This document shows positions 40,496 through 49,666 of a DNA stretch of 64,000 bases, piece after piece. Position 1 is the stretch's first letter. Each line of letters opens with the position of its first letter. This stretch comes from Candidatus Bathyarchaeota archaeon (GTDB lineage: Archaea > Thermoproteota > Bathyarchaeia > Bathyarchaeales > Bathycorpusculaceae). The stretch is from assembly GCA_003165195.1 (NCBI GenBank), contig PLSP01000042.1, forward strand, positions 28 through 64,027. Reading direction: 5' to 3'. Made by a program: the position numbers and the translations under genes. A model generated the notes under the pieces. That model did not search any database. It was not told where the DNA came from and saw only the letters and a list, made by a program, of their open reading frames with translations.

Positions 40496-41233
40496 GTGGG
40501 AAGAAACGCTGTGAATCCAAGGAATTCAGTCTTTGAATATTTTCATTTTTTAAAAAACAACAAAACGGATACAGTTCTTTTGCTTATAGTGGCCTTAATG
40601 ATCGCTATTTTTTCTTTGCCTAGAATTGTCTCTATTCCTCTCCCAATTATTGTGTTCTTTTTAGGATCCATCTTGCTTTTTAGACAACATGAAAAGGGAA
40701 AATTGCATGAACAACGAGCCAAATATGTTAAGAAACTTCGTGTCTTACTGGACGATTTGAAAGATACGATAATCAACGAAAGTTACAGTTATTCATTACC
40801 ATTTATAGCTATGACAATTGCCAACGATAAACAACTTATAAACAAAACTCAAGCAGAGAAACGATTGCTATTACTTCTCTCAACCAATTTAGCTAAGGAA
40901 ACCAACGAATTAATTGAAGAGGTACAGGTAATGGAAAGTAAAGGCGAACGGTTTTATGGTTTGCTTGAAAAGTTTGCTAAACTACTCAGCAACCTTTCAA
41001 ATTTTAAAACGGAATTTTATAACATGATTCAAGAAACCAGAACCGTTGTCAATTTAGGTTCAGATTTAGAGTTCAAGACAAATTTCTACAGCAGATTTAG
41101 TTATGAATACAACAGCTATATGGATAAACTCTCTCGATTCTCAGATAACTTGAAAGAAGAAGGAGAACGAGGATTGAACAAAGATCTTATTGAACACGTA
41201 AAAAATTTGGACGAGCTGTATGGAACTAAATAA
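40496..41233 (+). CDS. Moron: 2-TM protein with helical cytoplasmic domain
   Basis: AT-rich, opposite strand, inserted between the chaperone and tail tube genes. Confidence 0.65.
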   Translation: MGRNAVNPRNSVFEYFHFLKNNKTDTVLLLIVALMIAIFSLPRIVSIPLPIIVFFLGSILLFRQHEKGKLHEQRAKYVKKLRVLLDDLKDTIINESYSYSLPFIAMTIANDKQLINKTQAEKRLLLLLSTNLAKETNELIEEVQVMESKGERFYGLLEKFAKLLSNLSNFKTEFYNMIQETRTVVNLGSDLEFKTNFYSRFSYEYNSYMDKLSRFSDNLKEEGERGLNKDLIEHVKNLDELYGTK

Positions 41234-41262
41234 ACTTGGAAAAACAAAGAAAGAAAAATTAC

Positions 41263-41685
41263 TTAGAAAGTACTTGTTGCTACTGATTGTGCTTCGCCGC
41301 TAATGTCATTTGCAATGGTGCCTTTCTGCCCGTTCTTCACGCTGTAGGCTGTTAGGACAACGTTGCTTAACGTGATTTTTGGAGTTCCCGACCCAGTAGT
41401 CGTACCCTGTGGACCCCAAATAACCGTAACTAATGAGCCGTTAAGCACATCTGTTAATAGCGCGGCGTAGTTTGCTGGAACATAAAGCGCTGAAGCTTTG
41501 AACGTGTAGGATTGGTTGCCGCTTGCCGTGAAAGCTGGCGACGGAGACCCACCTGAAGAGCAAACATATTCCTTAATCATCTCCGCTTTAACATCCATAG
41601 TGAAGTCAGTGAGAAAGCCGATTGCTGTGCCACCTACCTGAACAACTGCATTCCGACTTAGAACTGGCGTAGTTGCTAAACTCAT
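41263..41685 (-). CDS. Major tail tube protein
   Basis: 140 aa beta-rich; VQVGGTAIG..TDFTMD; GAGGTGA RBS; gene position. Confidence 0.8.
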   Translation of the reverse strand: MSLATTPVLSRNAVVQVGGTAIGFLTDFTMDVKAEMIKEYVCSSGGSPSPAFTASGNQSYTFKASALYVPANYAALLTDVLNGSLVTVIWGPQGTTTGSGTPKITLSNVVLTAYSVKNGQKGTIANDISGEAQSVATSTF

Positions 41686-42262
41686 ACTTTTTCACCTCGA
41701 TTACAATGGTTACTGTAAGACGTAGCTACACATTTTTGCTACTTTATGATTTTTAATAGCTACTGAATAAATGATAAAATAAGCTTCCCGCGTAGATCAG
41801 CTAAAAAAGTCGATACAGGTAAATGAGTAAGCTCTTCTTACATGGTTTGGGTAGAGCATCAACGCATATTTATTCTCAGCCAAGAAGCTTTGATTCGACT
41901 TAGTCAAGAAAGTTTTACTGCATGCATCAACACCGCTAACGTATAAAGTCGGAATTTACCTTTCTGAGCCAAACAATATTACTATTAAAAACATAGAGAT
42001 AAATGGATTTTCCGTTGGAATTCAGCTAAACAACTCACACCTACAACATTACCTACAACACTTGGAACTAAATCAAACCCGAAAGTAATGGAGTAACCCT
42101 AATCGGAAGTTCAAACAACCTAATTGGGCAATAAACTTCATGTCGGCGCGTCATCAGACAAAATCATTATCATTAAACTGATAACCGCTTCGATCATTTA
42201 GCTTGGACCGTAAGGAAACGCTTATATTTAGATATCATGGAAGAACCTCGTGAGATGCGAAA

Positions 42263-43498
42263 ATGAGTAAGAAAAATGACAAATTAAAGACAATTGCATT
42301 CGTAATCTGTGCTGTCTTTATGGTGACTACAGTAATATCTGCTTATACAAAAGCTGACACTGCGCTGGCAGTTAACTCCAACAACGACACATCAATTAGT
42401 TTAGTGCCTGTTCTATTGACCGACAACCAAGTACAGGTGGAGTATCCTAATCTTCCAACAGCAGACCAGTTATGGGGTAACAGCCCTTGGGTAGATACTA
42501 GCAAACGCACCGAGCCTCTAATCAACTGTACCGTTAACCTACCAAGCACCATGAATGGCGAAGTTTTATCAAACGTTCCTGAAATTTGGCTTCAATATAA
42601 CAGTACAATTTATGTTGAAGTTCCTTTATCCGATTTGAACTATACTCAAACAACCATCACGTCGCAAAACCCATCAGCTTCACCACAATCCAATCCAGCA
42701 AGTTGGGCCATAGGAGCCGAAGCCAATCCAGCAGATATTTCAGGGTCAAACCCTGTCACAGGTGCCGTAACATATGCCGAGTACGGCTGGACGGGTTCAG
42801 CCTCGAACGATTGGGTTGGAACTGTTCTATCAATCAACGACGGCGTCTATGCATATCAAATTGAGATCGAAGATGTTACTGATTATGGCCACTATGTAAA
42901 CGCTGAGCAATGGAGTGACAGCACGGGCAAAGTAGTTAACACTGAAATAGGCTCTGTAACTGCCAATAATGATCAAATGTACTCCGAATATATTCAATAT
43001 AATACTAATGAAAATGATTGGCAGTTCATGTTCAACCAATACACCCAATGGTGGACTTGTCCAGCAGATGGCAAAACTAGCATACTAACTGGGACCCAAC
43101 CTACTGTTTGCATAGAGTCAAATGATTTTACTCCCAGCGACTTCACTAGCTTCGCGAAAACAGCTGGAGAAACCTATTATAATTGCGGCAACGGCACCGA
43201 TATATACATACCAGCAATTGGCTATCAATATAATAACGGAGAACAGACACCTGATAATTGGCATCCTTACTATGAACGTATTTCCAACAGCAACCCAACG
43301 TCCGACCCCGTTCCTAAGGCCGAAGTTTATGAAGGCGGTTCAGCCGTGTCGGCATGGCCTACACTCCTTGATTCTGTAAGTTTCGAAGGTCCTCCATCAA
43401 GTCTTGATGTTGGAATACAGAATCCTGCTGCATACACAGAAATACTACAGTTTGGACATGGCTATAGTGACCCAAGCACAGGTACGAAACTCTGGTGA
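42263..43498 (+). CDS. Moron: secreted protein, possible eqolisin/G1-like glutamic peptidase fold
   Basis: Signal peptide, pro-region, acidic beta-rich domain with YAYQIEI and VCIESND; family call tentative. Confidence 0.6.
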   Translation: MSKKNDKLKTIAFVICAVFMVTTVISAYTKADTALAVNSNNDTSISLVPVLLTDNQVQVEYPNLPTADQLWGNSPWVDTSKRTEPLINCTVNLPSTMNGEVLSNVPEIWLQYNSTIYVEVPLSDLNYTQTTITSQNPSASPQSNPASWAIGAEANPADISGSNPVTGAVTYAEYGWTGSASNDWVGTVLSINDGVYAYQIEIEDVTDYGHYVNAEQWSDSTGKVVNTEIGSVTANNDQMYSEYIQYNTNENDWQFMFNQYTQWWTCPADGKTSILTGTQPTVCIESNDFTPSDFTSFAKTAGETYYNCGNGTDIYIPAIGYQYNNGEQTPDNWHPYYERISNSNPTSDPVPKAEVYEGGSAVSAWPTLLDSVSFEGPPSSLDVGIQNPAAYTEILQFGHGYSDPSTGTKLW

Positions 43499-43834
43499 GC
43501 AGTTTCTTAGCAATTAATCGACAAAATATCCTTTTTTCTAATTTTTGAATTCCTGAAAACTTTTTTGGTTACCAACTTGTTTACATATCCGCCTAACAAT
43601 ATGAGTTAAACAAGTTGCAGACCGCGCCTCTTAGCATGAATCTCAATTGCGCGCTTTGATCTTTTTTTACTCCTTTAAACCACAATCCATTCATACAATA
43701 TTTGATGTTTAGGGTTGTGCAACATTGGCGCTTTTGGGCATGTTTAAGTCTTATGTTGCTTATTGTAGGCAAGCTCAAAAGCGTCGATATAAAAAACACG
43801 GTGGGACTTTTTTAAGTTGTTTCTTCAAAGATAT

Positions 43835-44173
43835 CTAACCTTGCAATAGATCTTGGATTTGTTGCTCAATCTCCGGCGCGAATTCAGGCAAATGCAGATT
43901 AACTGAATTAGTAAGGTAAAGCCTCGCAGACATTTTCTTTGTGCCAAACTCAACATAATACGCGTAAGGTGCCGTAGCCTTAACCTTAAGTTGGAAATTG
44001 CTGGGCTGTTCAACCGTCAATGTACTTTTCAAATAGCCCGTTCTGACTGGAACTAACGTGTTTGCTGTAGCCAAAATGTTCTGGGCAACATTCCTCATAG
44101 CCTGCCCAACAGCCTCCGGGTACTGCTCACAGAGACAATCAAAGCAGCTGCTCAGCACATCAAAATTTGACAA
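43835..44173 (-). CDS. HK97 gp10-like head-tail/tail-completion protein
   Basis: VPVRTGYLKST..APYAYYVEFGTKKM..R.YL motif; may start at ACG 44197. Confidence 0.85.
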   Translation of the reverse strand: MSNFDVLSSCFDCLCEQYPEAVGQAMRNVAQNILATANTLVPVRTGYLKSTLTVEQPSNFQLKVKATAPYAYYVEFGTKKMSARLYLTNSVNLHLPEFAPEIEQQIQDLLQG

Positions 44174-44232
44174 ATTAACCTGAATAGAAATACTCGTATC
44201 TTTTTCACCTTAACGGAGACCGTTGCATTCTC

Positions 44233-44352
44233 CTAAGCTATTTTCGTTACTCTGTGCTCTACAAGAACCTGAGAACCGTTTTTGTAAGTCACAATCCAAG
44301 AGCTAAATCGGGTTTTAAATTTCTGGTTTGCCGCCCTTTTTTGTTCTGCCAT
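44233..44352 (-). CDS. 39-aa basic small ORF (not in ORF track)
   Basis: GGTGA RBS then ATG; MAEQKRAANQKFKTRFSSWIVTYKNGSQVLVEHRVTKIA*. Confidence 0.55.
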   Translation of the reverse strand: MAEQKRAANQKFKTRFSSWIVTYKNGSQVLVEHRVTKIA

Positions 44353-44365
44353 TTACTTCACCTGC

Positions 44366-44806
44366 CTATAAATTTGAAATGCTGAAGTAAACGGCATCAA
44401 TGTTAATCATGACGCGGGTTACTTCAGTTGCGTTACTGTGAATCGGCTCTCCGGTTACCACATAGTTTGGGTCTTGCAAGTGTACGATGCGGGTAACTTC
44501 AGCCTGCAAGGTCTCCAAAGTAGATTCTGCAGTCGCTAAATCAGCCGAGTTTTGGCTAACGTTAACAACAATTATGTCTACAACGAGTTTTTCAGTAACC
44601 AGGTAACATTCGCGACTAAGCGCATCGACCTGTTTGCTTGGGCTCGCGTAGTAGATGGCTATTTGTAAGGGTCCTTTTCCCTGAGTAATCCCAATTGCAT
44701 CCATGCGAGTTGTAGGCCACAAAATATTTGCGGCGGCCACAGGATTTGAAAGCCCCCAATTGTCCTGCAGCAACTCCGAAACCGCCAAGGCTTGGTTAGT
44801 TGACAT
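44366..44806 (-). CDS. Tail terminator/completion protein
   Basis: Size and position upstream of the tail tube; LVVDII...LQAEVTRI pattern. Confidence 0.6.
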   Translation of the reverse strand: MSTNQALAVSELLQDNWGLSNPVAAANILWPTTRMDAIGITQGKGPLQIAIYYASPSKQVDALSRECYLVTEKLVVDIIVVNVSQNSADLATAESTLETLQAEVTRIVHLQDPNYVVTGEPIHSNATEVTRVMINIDAVYFSISNL

Positions 44807-44920
44807 CTAAGCTTTCCTCCGTTTTCTGCGCTTTCTGCCAAAACAATAAAGAAGCCAACCTATCAGGAAAAGCGCTATAGCAACGGGAAGAAGCAGAAGC
44901 CGAAGTTTTCGTTTTGCCAT
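44807..44920 (-). CDS. 37-aa single-TM peptide with polybasic tail (not in ORF track)
   Basis: MAKRKLRLLLLPVAIALFLIGWLLYCFGRKRRKRRKA*; fills the gap between its neighbours almost exactly. Confidence 0.6.
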   Translation of the reverse strand: MAKRKLRLLLLPVAIALFLIGWLLYCFGRKRRKRRKA

Positions 44921-44922
44921 TC

Positions 44923-45384
44923 CTAACCCCACTGCCCTCTGTAATGGGGAACTTCATTTCCCAGGCGTGCTTGAGCGCTTGCTGCTCCAGTTGAAAGATT
45001 CGCTATATTTCGGGTAAAGCTTTCTTGGAAGCTTTGTACCGCGTTTTGAAATGAGAATTTTCCAACGGTGCCTTTGGTTACGAATAGGTCGCCAAGCTTG
45101 TAATCTGCCGCGCCCAAAAGCATGCCGCCACTCGCAGCAACTAAAACGCCTATGCATGCAAGGTCAAGTGCGGCTAACTGCGCAAACGGGTAACGAGGAT
45201 CCGTCGATGTAACACCAGGCACGAAGCTGCCTATGTAAGTGTTCGCGTGGTCAACGTATGCCTGAACGCTATTACCTGAAACAGAAAGCCCGTAAACAAC
45301 ATAATTGCCGTTGCCATCAGGTCCGGTAACATTTAGAAAGCCAATAACCTCCTCTAGCGAGGTAAAGGCTGGATAGGTTGACAT
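44923..45384 (-). CDS. Head-tail adaptor
   Basis: Follows the MCP; FTSLEEV..FL...YVDHANTYI...AALDLAC. Confidence 0.7.
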   Translation of the reverse strand: MSTYPAFTSLEEVIGFLNVTGPDGNGNYVVYGLSVSGNSVQAYVDHANTYIGSFVPGVTSTDPRYPFAQLAALDLACIGVLVAASGGMLLGAADYKLGDLFVTKGTVGKFSFQNAVQSFQESFTRNIANLSTGAASAQARLGNEVPHYRGQWG

Positions 45385-45461
45385 GAGAAGTCTCCGTAAA
45401 ATTGGTTAATTTGAAGCCGGCTTTACGGTTCCAGACTCAAAAGACTGGAGCAAATGATTGC

Positions 45462-46361
45462 TTAACTGGTTGAGTAGCCCGTTGTTTTGCATATGCAGAA
45501 GCCGTTTGCCACGTAAGGTGTCTTGCGGTAGCTAGTGAACGGTATGATTTTGCGTAAACGCTTTTGGATGTCTATGTCGGTTGTGATTTCTTGTTTGGTT
45601 ACCATGAAACCCATGGGTGCGTAGTTGTTGTTTGGGTTCTGGCCATCGCTGATGCCATAGACTGTGCCTGCTGGAACAAGATTGCTGACTAAAAGTGTCC
45701 ATATGCCGAGTTTTTGTTCAACTTCATTGGTTAATGGGTTGGTGACTTCACGGAACAAGTTGGGGTAGGGCAAGTTGCGTAGGGATTCTTCCTGGATAGG
45801 GTTGACTGCGATGTATTTCATTATGAAGTTGTGTTGTTTTATGAGTCGGTTCATTTTGTTGAGGTCTTCGAGGCCTACGCCGCCGCTGACGGTTATTGTT
45901 GAGCCTGTGACGCTGATTGTGTTTCCTGTGCCTGCAAAAGAGTTGCCGTTCGCTGCCCCTGCTCCGTCTATGGCGGTCCAGCTGTCGAGCTCTATTTGGT
46001 ACATTGTGCGGAAGGCCAGACGCATCATTTGAGTGTCTGCTACGCCGAGTTCAAAGTCGGTTATCATTTCTATTGGGATTTCGACTTCTTCGCCGTAAGT
46101 GTCAGGTGTTATGCTAACGCTTGTTAGTGGAGTGAAGTCTAGTACTGCGGGTGCTGCGATTCCTTTTCTTTGAATGCCGATTGCGACGTTGCCTGCTTCT
46201 TTGACGTAAGTTCGTGTTCGTCCTTTTATGATTGGGTCAGGAACAAAGAGCTTGGCGAAAATCATGGCGTTAGTTGCCATCTGCAGGATTTTTTGGTGTA
46301 GCTCTGGATATTGAATAGCTGGGCTATCATCCATTGTTACTTGATCAGGTGCAAAACTCAT
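45462..46361 (-). CDS. Major capsid protein (HK97 fold)
   Basis: ITPDTYGEEVEIPIEMITD, IAVNP, LVSNLVPAGT; position after the protease and decoration genes. Confidence 0.88.
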   Translation of the reverse strand: MSFAPDQVTMDDSPAIQYPELHQKILQMATNAMIFAKLFVPDPIIKGRTRTYVKEAGNVAIGIQRKGIAAPAVLDFTPLTSVSITPDTYGEEVEIPIEMITDFELGVADTQMMRLAFRTMYQIELDSWTAIDGAGAANGNSFAGTGNTISVTGSTITVSGGVGLEDLNKMNRLIKQHNFIMKYIAVNPIQEESLRNLPYPNLFREVTNPLTNEVEQKLGIWTLLVSNLVPAGTVYGISDGQNPNNNYAPMGFMVTKQEITTDIDIQKRLRKIIPFTSYRKTPYVANGFCICKTTGYSTS

Positions 46362-46432
46362 TTCTTGATTTCTCCTTTACTTTTTACTTTAGAATTTCTC
46401 GACTTGACGAGTCCAAACTTGAAAGATTGGAG

Positions 46433-46801
46433 TTAGGGAATTACGATTGCTTGGCCGCCGTTAGAAGCGCCAGTATCGCATAGACAGTGTTTTGTGGTTG
46501 GGGTGTTGTTGGTTACTCCGACTCCGTTTGCTCCGGAAACTACTAGGTCGCCGGGGTTGATTGTGCCGCTGGCTGTGATTCTGGCTTTGACTTTGCCAGT
46601 CATTACTGTGCATATTTTGCCTGCTGGTGCGCCGACTTTAACGATGCCTACCCATTCTTGTGCGCCTGTGGTTGGGGAAACCGTGCCTGGTCCGCTAATG
46701 TAGACAAACTGCCCTGCGGTGACGCCGCCTGTGCCTGCGATAAACGAGAGATCAGTTGAGGATGGTTGCTGTACGAGAGGTCCTGAATTTTCATAGGACA
46801 T
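46433..46801 (-). CDS. Capsid decoration/cement protein (DUF2190-like)
   Basis: VTAGQFV, INPGDLVVSGANG glycine-rich motifs. Confidence 0.7.
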   Translation of the reverse strand: MSYENSGPLVQQPSSTDLSFIAGTGGVTAGQFVYISGPGTVSPTTGAQEWVGIVKVGAPAGKICTVMTGKVKARITASGTINPGDLVVSGANGVGVTNNTPTTKHCLCDTGASNGGQAIVIP

Positions 46802-46802
46802 T

Positions 46803-47885
46803 TTACTGCATGCCTCCTTGCGTTACCTGCGCATCGAAGGTTCGTTTTTTCTGTGCGGCTGCTGCAAGCTCTTTGAAGTAAGGCGGGACTGCCACCATTC
46901 CTGGCTGAGTCTTCTGTGGTTCTAAGTGTTCGTTTAGGACTCCTGCGACTCCTTTCCCGGGTGCACGTTGTTTTAGTGCTTGTTTTATGGATTCGTCGAC
47001 TTTGGCTGCGATCGCGGCGGTTTCCAATTTGACTGCTTCTCTTGCGGCTTCGACAGCTTTGGTTACTGCTTCGGCTGAGGCTTTGTTGCATGCTTCTGAC
47101 AAGTTGTTTGCGTGCTTTTCCATCATTGCCTTTATGGCTTCTGCATCTAAGGGTTGATTTGTTGACAATTTTCTCTCCTCCGAATTTTCCTTTTCATTTT
47201 TTTGGTTAGCTCCCTTTTGGGAGTGTACCTTTGAATTACAACTTAAACAACTAAGGGTCAAAGCGCTTGCACATAGCCCGCATGGAGCTTTTTTCTGCAT
47301 GGTTAGCGCTTTTCGGATGGCTTGCTGTTGGTCTGCTTTCATGGCAGCCGCAAAGCCAACTGGCTTAAACTTGGCATGTTCATAAGCGCCTATGGAAACA
47401 ATGCTCAACTCGACAAGGCGCGGTCTGCGCATGATTTCCCAAGCGCCACGGCAAATGTGCACCAAATTCATCAGATCGTCTCTGGAGCGGGATCCACATA
47501 GGCTGCAGTAAGCTTCTCCCAAGATGCGTGGGCTGACGCTGTTGACGTATTCACGCTCGATTTTTGCGAGCAGTTCTTCATCGCCGCTTACTTCCCCCTC
47601 GAAGGGAACAACGATTCTGCCGTCAGCTGAGGTCTGGGGCGAGTGTAAAATATTGATGACGCCTTTGATGTCTTCCACGCGGTCGCCATGGTCAACACGA
47701 ATCTGAGCATTTTGACTAACGGCGACGAAATAGGGCAGTTCTTCAGCGGGAACCTGCCAACCATTCTCGTTAACCGTGTCATCAATGGCTGTTCCCTTAA
47801 TGAGCAGGACTTTGCCGTCGATGCTTCGCTTGAAAGTAACGGGCACATTGTAGTCTAGATGAATGTTGGGTTTAGAAACGCTCAT
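46803..47885 (-). CDS. Prohead protease fused to a scaffold-like coiled coil
   Basis: IKGTAIDD.VNENGW, VDH, SVSP, ELSIVSIGAY; Ala/Glu/Lys-rich C-terminus. Confidence 0.85.
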   Translation of the reverse strand: MSVSKPNIHLDYNVPVTFKRSIDGKVLLIKGTAIDDTVNENGWQVPAEELPYFVAVSQNAQIRVDHGDRVEDIKGVINILHSPQTSADGRIVVPFEGEVSGDEELLAKIEREYVNSVSPRILGEAYCSLCGSRSRDDLMNLVHICRGAWEIMRRPRLVELSIVSIGAYEHAKFKPVGFAAAMKADQQQAIRKALTMQKKAPCGLCASALTLSCLSCNSKVHSQKGANQKNEKENSEERKLSTNQPLDAEAIKAMMEKHANNLSEACNKASAEAVTKAVEAAREAVKLETAAIAAKVDESIKQALKQRAPGKGVAGVLNEHLEPQKTQPGMVAVPPYFKELAAAAQKKRTFDAQVTQGGMQ

Positions 47886-47901
47886 TTTGGGCTCTCTTTA
47901 G

Positions 47902-48222
47902 TTACCAGTAAACATCATTATCACGAGCAACGAGGCAAACACAATTCGGATGCAAATTCACCGCAAAAGTGTCCTCGTCAAGCCATTCTCCGTAAGGAAA
48001 CATATCCGTAAGTTCATCGGGATCTTGCAGTTCGTAGACGTCATTGTTGTGGTCTTGGCAGTTTTGGCATAGATTGGGACTGGGCTTTAGTCCTTCAGTT
48101 ACATAACGCCAAACAGTGTAACGGATTGCTGGGTTAACCACAGCTGCCTTGAAAGCCTTGAACGCAAGAAAGGCGTTGACTGCGTTCTGCAGGTCATTGT
48201 CTTGGAATTTCTGAGATAACAT
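47902..48222 (-). CDS. Minor head protein (truncated MuF/gp7-like C-terminal domain)
   Basis: LCQNC and LHPNCVC motifs, directly after the portal. Confidence 0.7.
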   Translation of the reverse strand: MLSQKFQDNDLQNAVNAFLAFKAFKAAVVNPAIRYTVWRYVTEGLKPSPNLCQNCQDHNNDVYELQDPDELTDMFPYGEWLDEDTFAVNLHPNCVCLVARDNDVYW

Positions 48223-49666
48223 AGCTTTTCCCGTTCGCGCTGATCTGTCTTTGAGAAGCACTCATTTTAGGAGAGGGCTGAGATGAATCGCTTTTGCTGA
48301 CGGCGTCGGTAGGCATTGCTTGGTCGTAACTTTGACGCATCGTTGCCAGGTTACCCCAGACTTCTTCAGGCAAACCAAGTTTTGCTCGGGCTTCTAGATC
48401 TCCGGTTAGGCCCGCTTGGAAGAGTGCAATTTGTTGGTCAACCAAAACGTCTGCTGCAGGCTCCCAGATCGGTCGCCACTTTACCTTTGGAATCTTATCC
48501 GAAGTAATGAACGATCCTGGAAAGTCGCCTTGCAGGATAGCTGGGAACAATTCAGTTTCGTAAGTGTACTTTATGTGTTCCTGTCGCATGCGAAGGCGAG
48601 TGACAAATTCCTGCATAACTATGTCAGCGGTTGATCTGTTTGCGTTTTCAATTTCTCCTAAAAACAACTTGGGAACGCCTAACTGTGCGTTACGTTGAGT
48701 TAGCAGATAGTTTAGCCACCACTCGACCCGTAAGCCGCGAGTCATGCTGTCGATAGGTATGGGGTTGACGTCGTGTTTGAATGCGAGGTCGGTTCCTTGT
48801 TGGCGTTCAGCCATGCCATCGATAAATGCCTGCAGCTTAGTGTCCGACCACTCAGCCTTTTCTGTGCCGCATTGATAGGCAAGGATGGGCTTGGTGTAAA
48901 TTTTCATTATGGTTGCCATGTCATGCTGGAAATCGTCTGTAAGAGCCTGAATCAGCAGGGTGCTTCTTAGCAGGCTTACGCCGTAGGCGCTGTTGTACCT
49001 ACCTGAACCTTGATTGTGAAGTGTACGCAGTATGTCTTGAGGCTCAAAAATTGCCGGAGGCACAGAAAGAAGTTGAATGTAGCCGAAAATGTTCATGTAA
49101 GCGTCTCGGCGAATCCGGACATAAAGTGGATCCAGAGGCTTCAGCCATTCAACCCGTTGATTATCTTCATCTCGGCAAAGCTCGGTGACGCTAAAGCCGT
49201 TAACCAAAGCATTATTTTCTTGGATTCGGGCGACAGAGGGAACGTTATGGGAATCCAGCCACTCGCTCAGATAATCGTTGAATGTAGAGTTGCCGCCTTC
49301 TAGCTCAAGCCAATTGCTAACCGTCAAGTTAACGCGAACATCAACTGAGGCTGCAATATACGGATTGTACTCGTAGAGAGCTTGCAGTTTCGGCAGATCA
49401 TCAACTGGCGTGATTCCCCAAATTCTATCATAAAGGCTGCTGTAAGGCGGAGTAACAAAGCCTATTCCAGCACTTTTCAGAGTGTACCTGCTGAGGTATT
49501 CTTGCAGAACAGCATCTCGACTGGACCTAAACGGGATCTCCTGGTCGATTTGCTGCTTCGCCGTGTCTGGCTCCACGTTGCGCATTGGGTTTGGCAACGA
49601 ATCATTTCTTGGGACAGGAAGTATTTTGTTTGCAACCTGACCAAAAGCGGATCTAAAGTTTACCAT
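48194..49666 (-). CDS. Portal protein
   Basis: TAATG overlap with TerL; LVNGFSVTEL, LKPLDP, YGVSLL, LGVPKLFLG..NANRSTA. Confidence 0.9.
   Translation of the reverse strand: MVNFRSAFGQVANKILPVPRNDSLPNPMRNVEPDTAKQQIDQEIPFRSSRDAVLQEYLSRYTLKSAGIGFVTPPYSSLYDRIWGITPVDDLPKLQALYEYNPYIAASVDVRVNLTVSNWLELEGGNSTFNDYLSEWLDSHNVPSVARIQENNALVNGFSVTELCRDEDNQRVEWLKPLDPLYVRIRRDAYMNIFGYIQLLSVPPAIFEPQDILRTLHNQGSGRYNSAYGVSLLRSTLLIQALTDDFQHDMATIMKIYTKPILAYQCGTEKAEWSDTKLQAFIDGMAERQQGTDLAFKHDVNPIPIDSMTRGLRVEWWLNYLLTQRNAQLGVPKLFLGEIENANRSTADIVMQEFVTRLRMRQEHIKYTYETELFPAILQGDFPGSFITSDKIPKVKWRPIWEPAADVLVDQQIALFQAGLTGDLEARAKLGLPEEVWGNLATMRQSYDQAMPTDAVSKSDSSQPSPKMSASQRQISANGKSYVISEIPRQ

Noticed and set aside
42049-42070. 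Short repeat ACCTACAACA x2 upstream of the moron
   Set aside because: Only two 10-bp copies; compatible with chance
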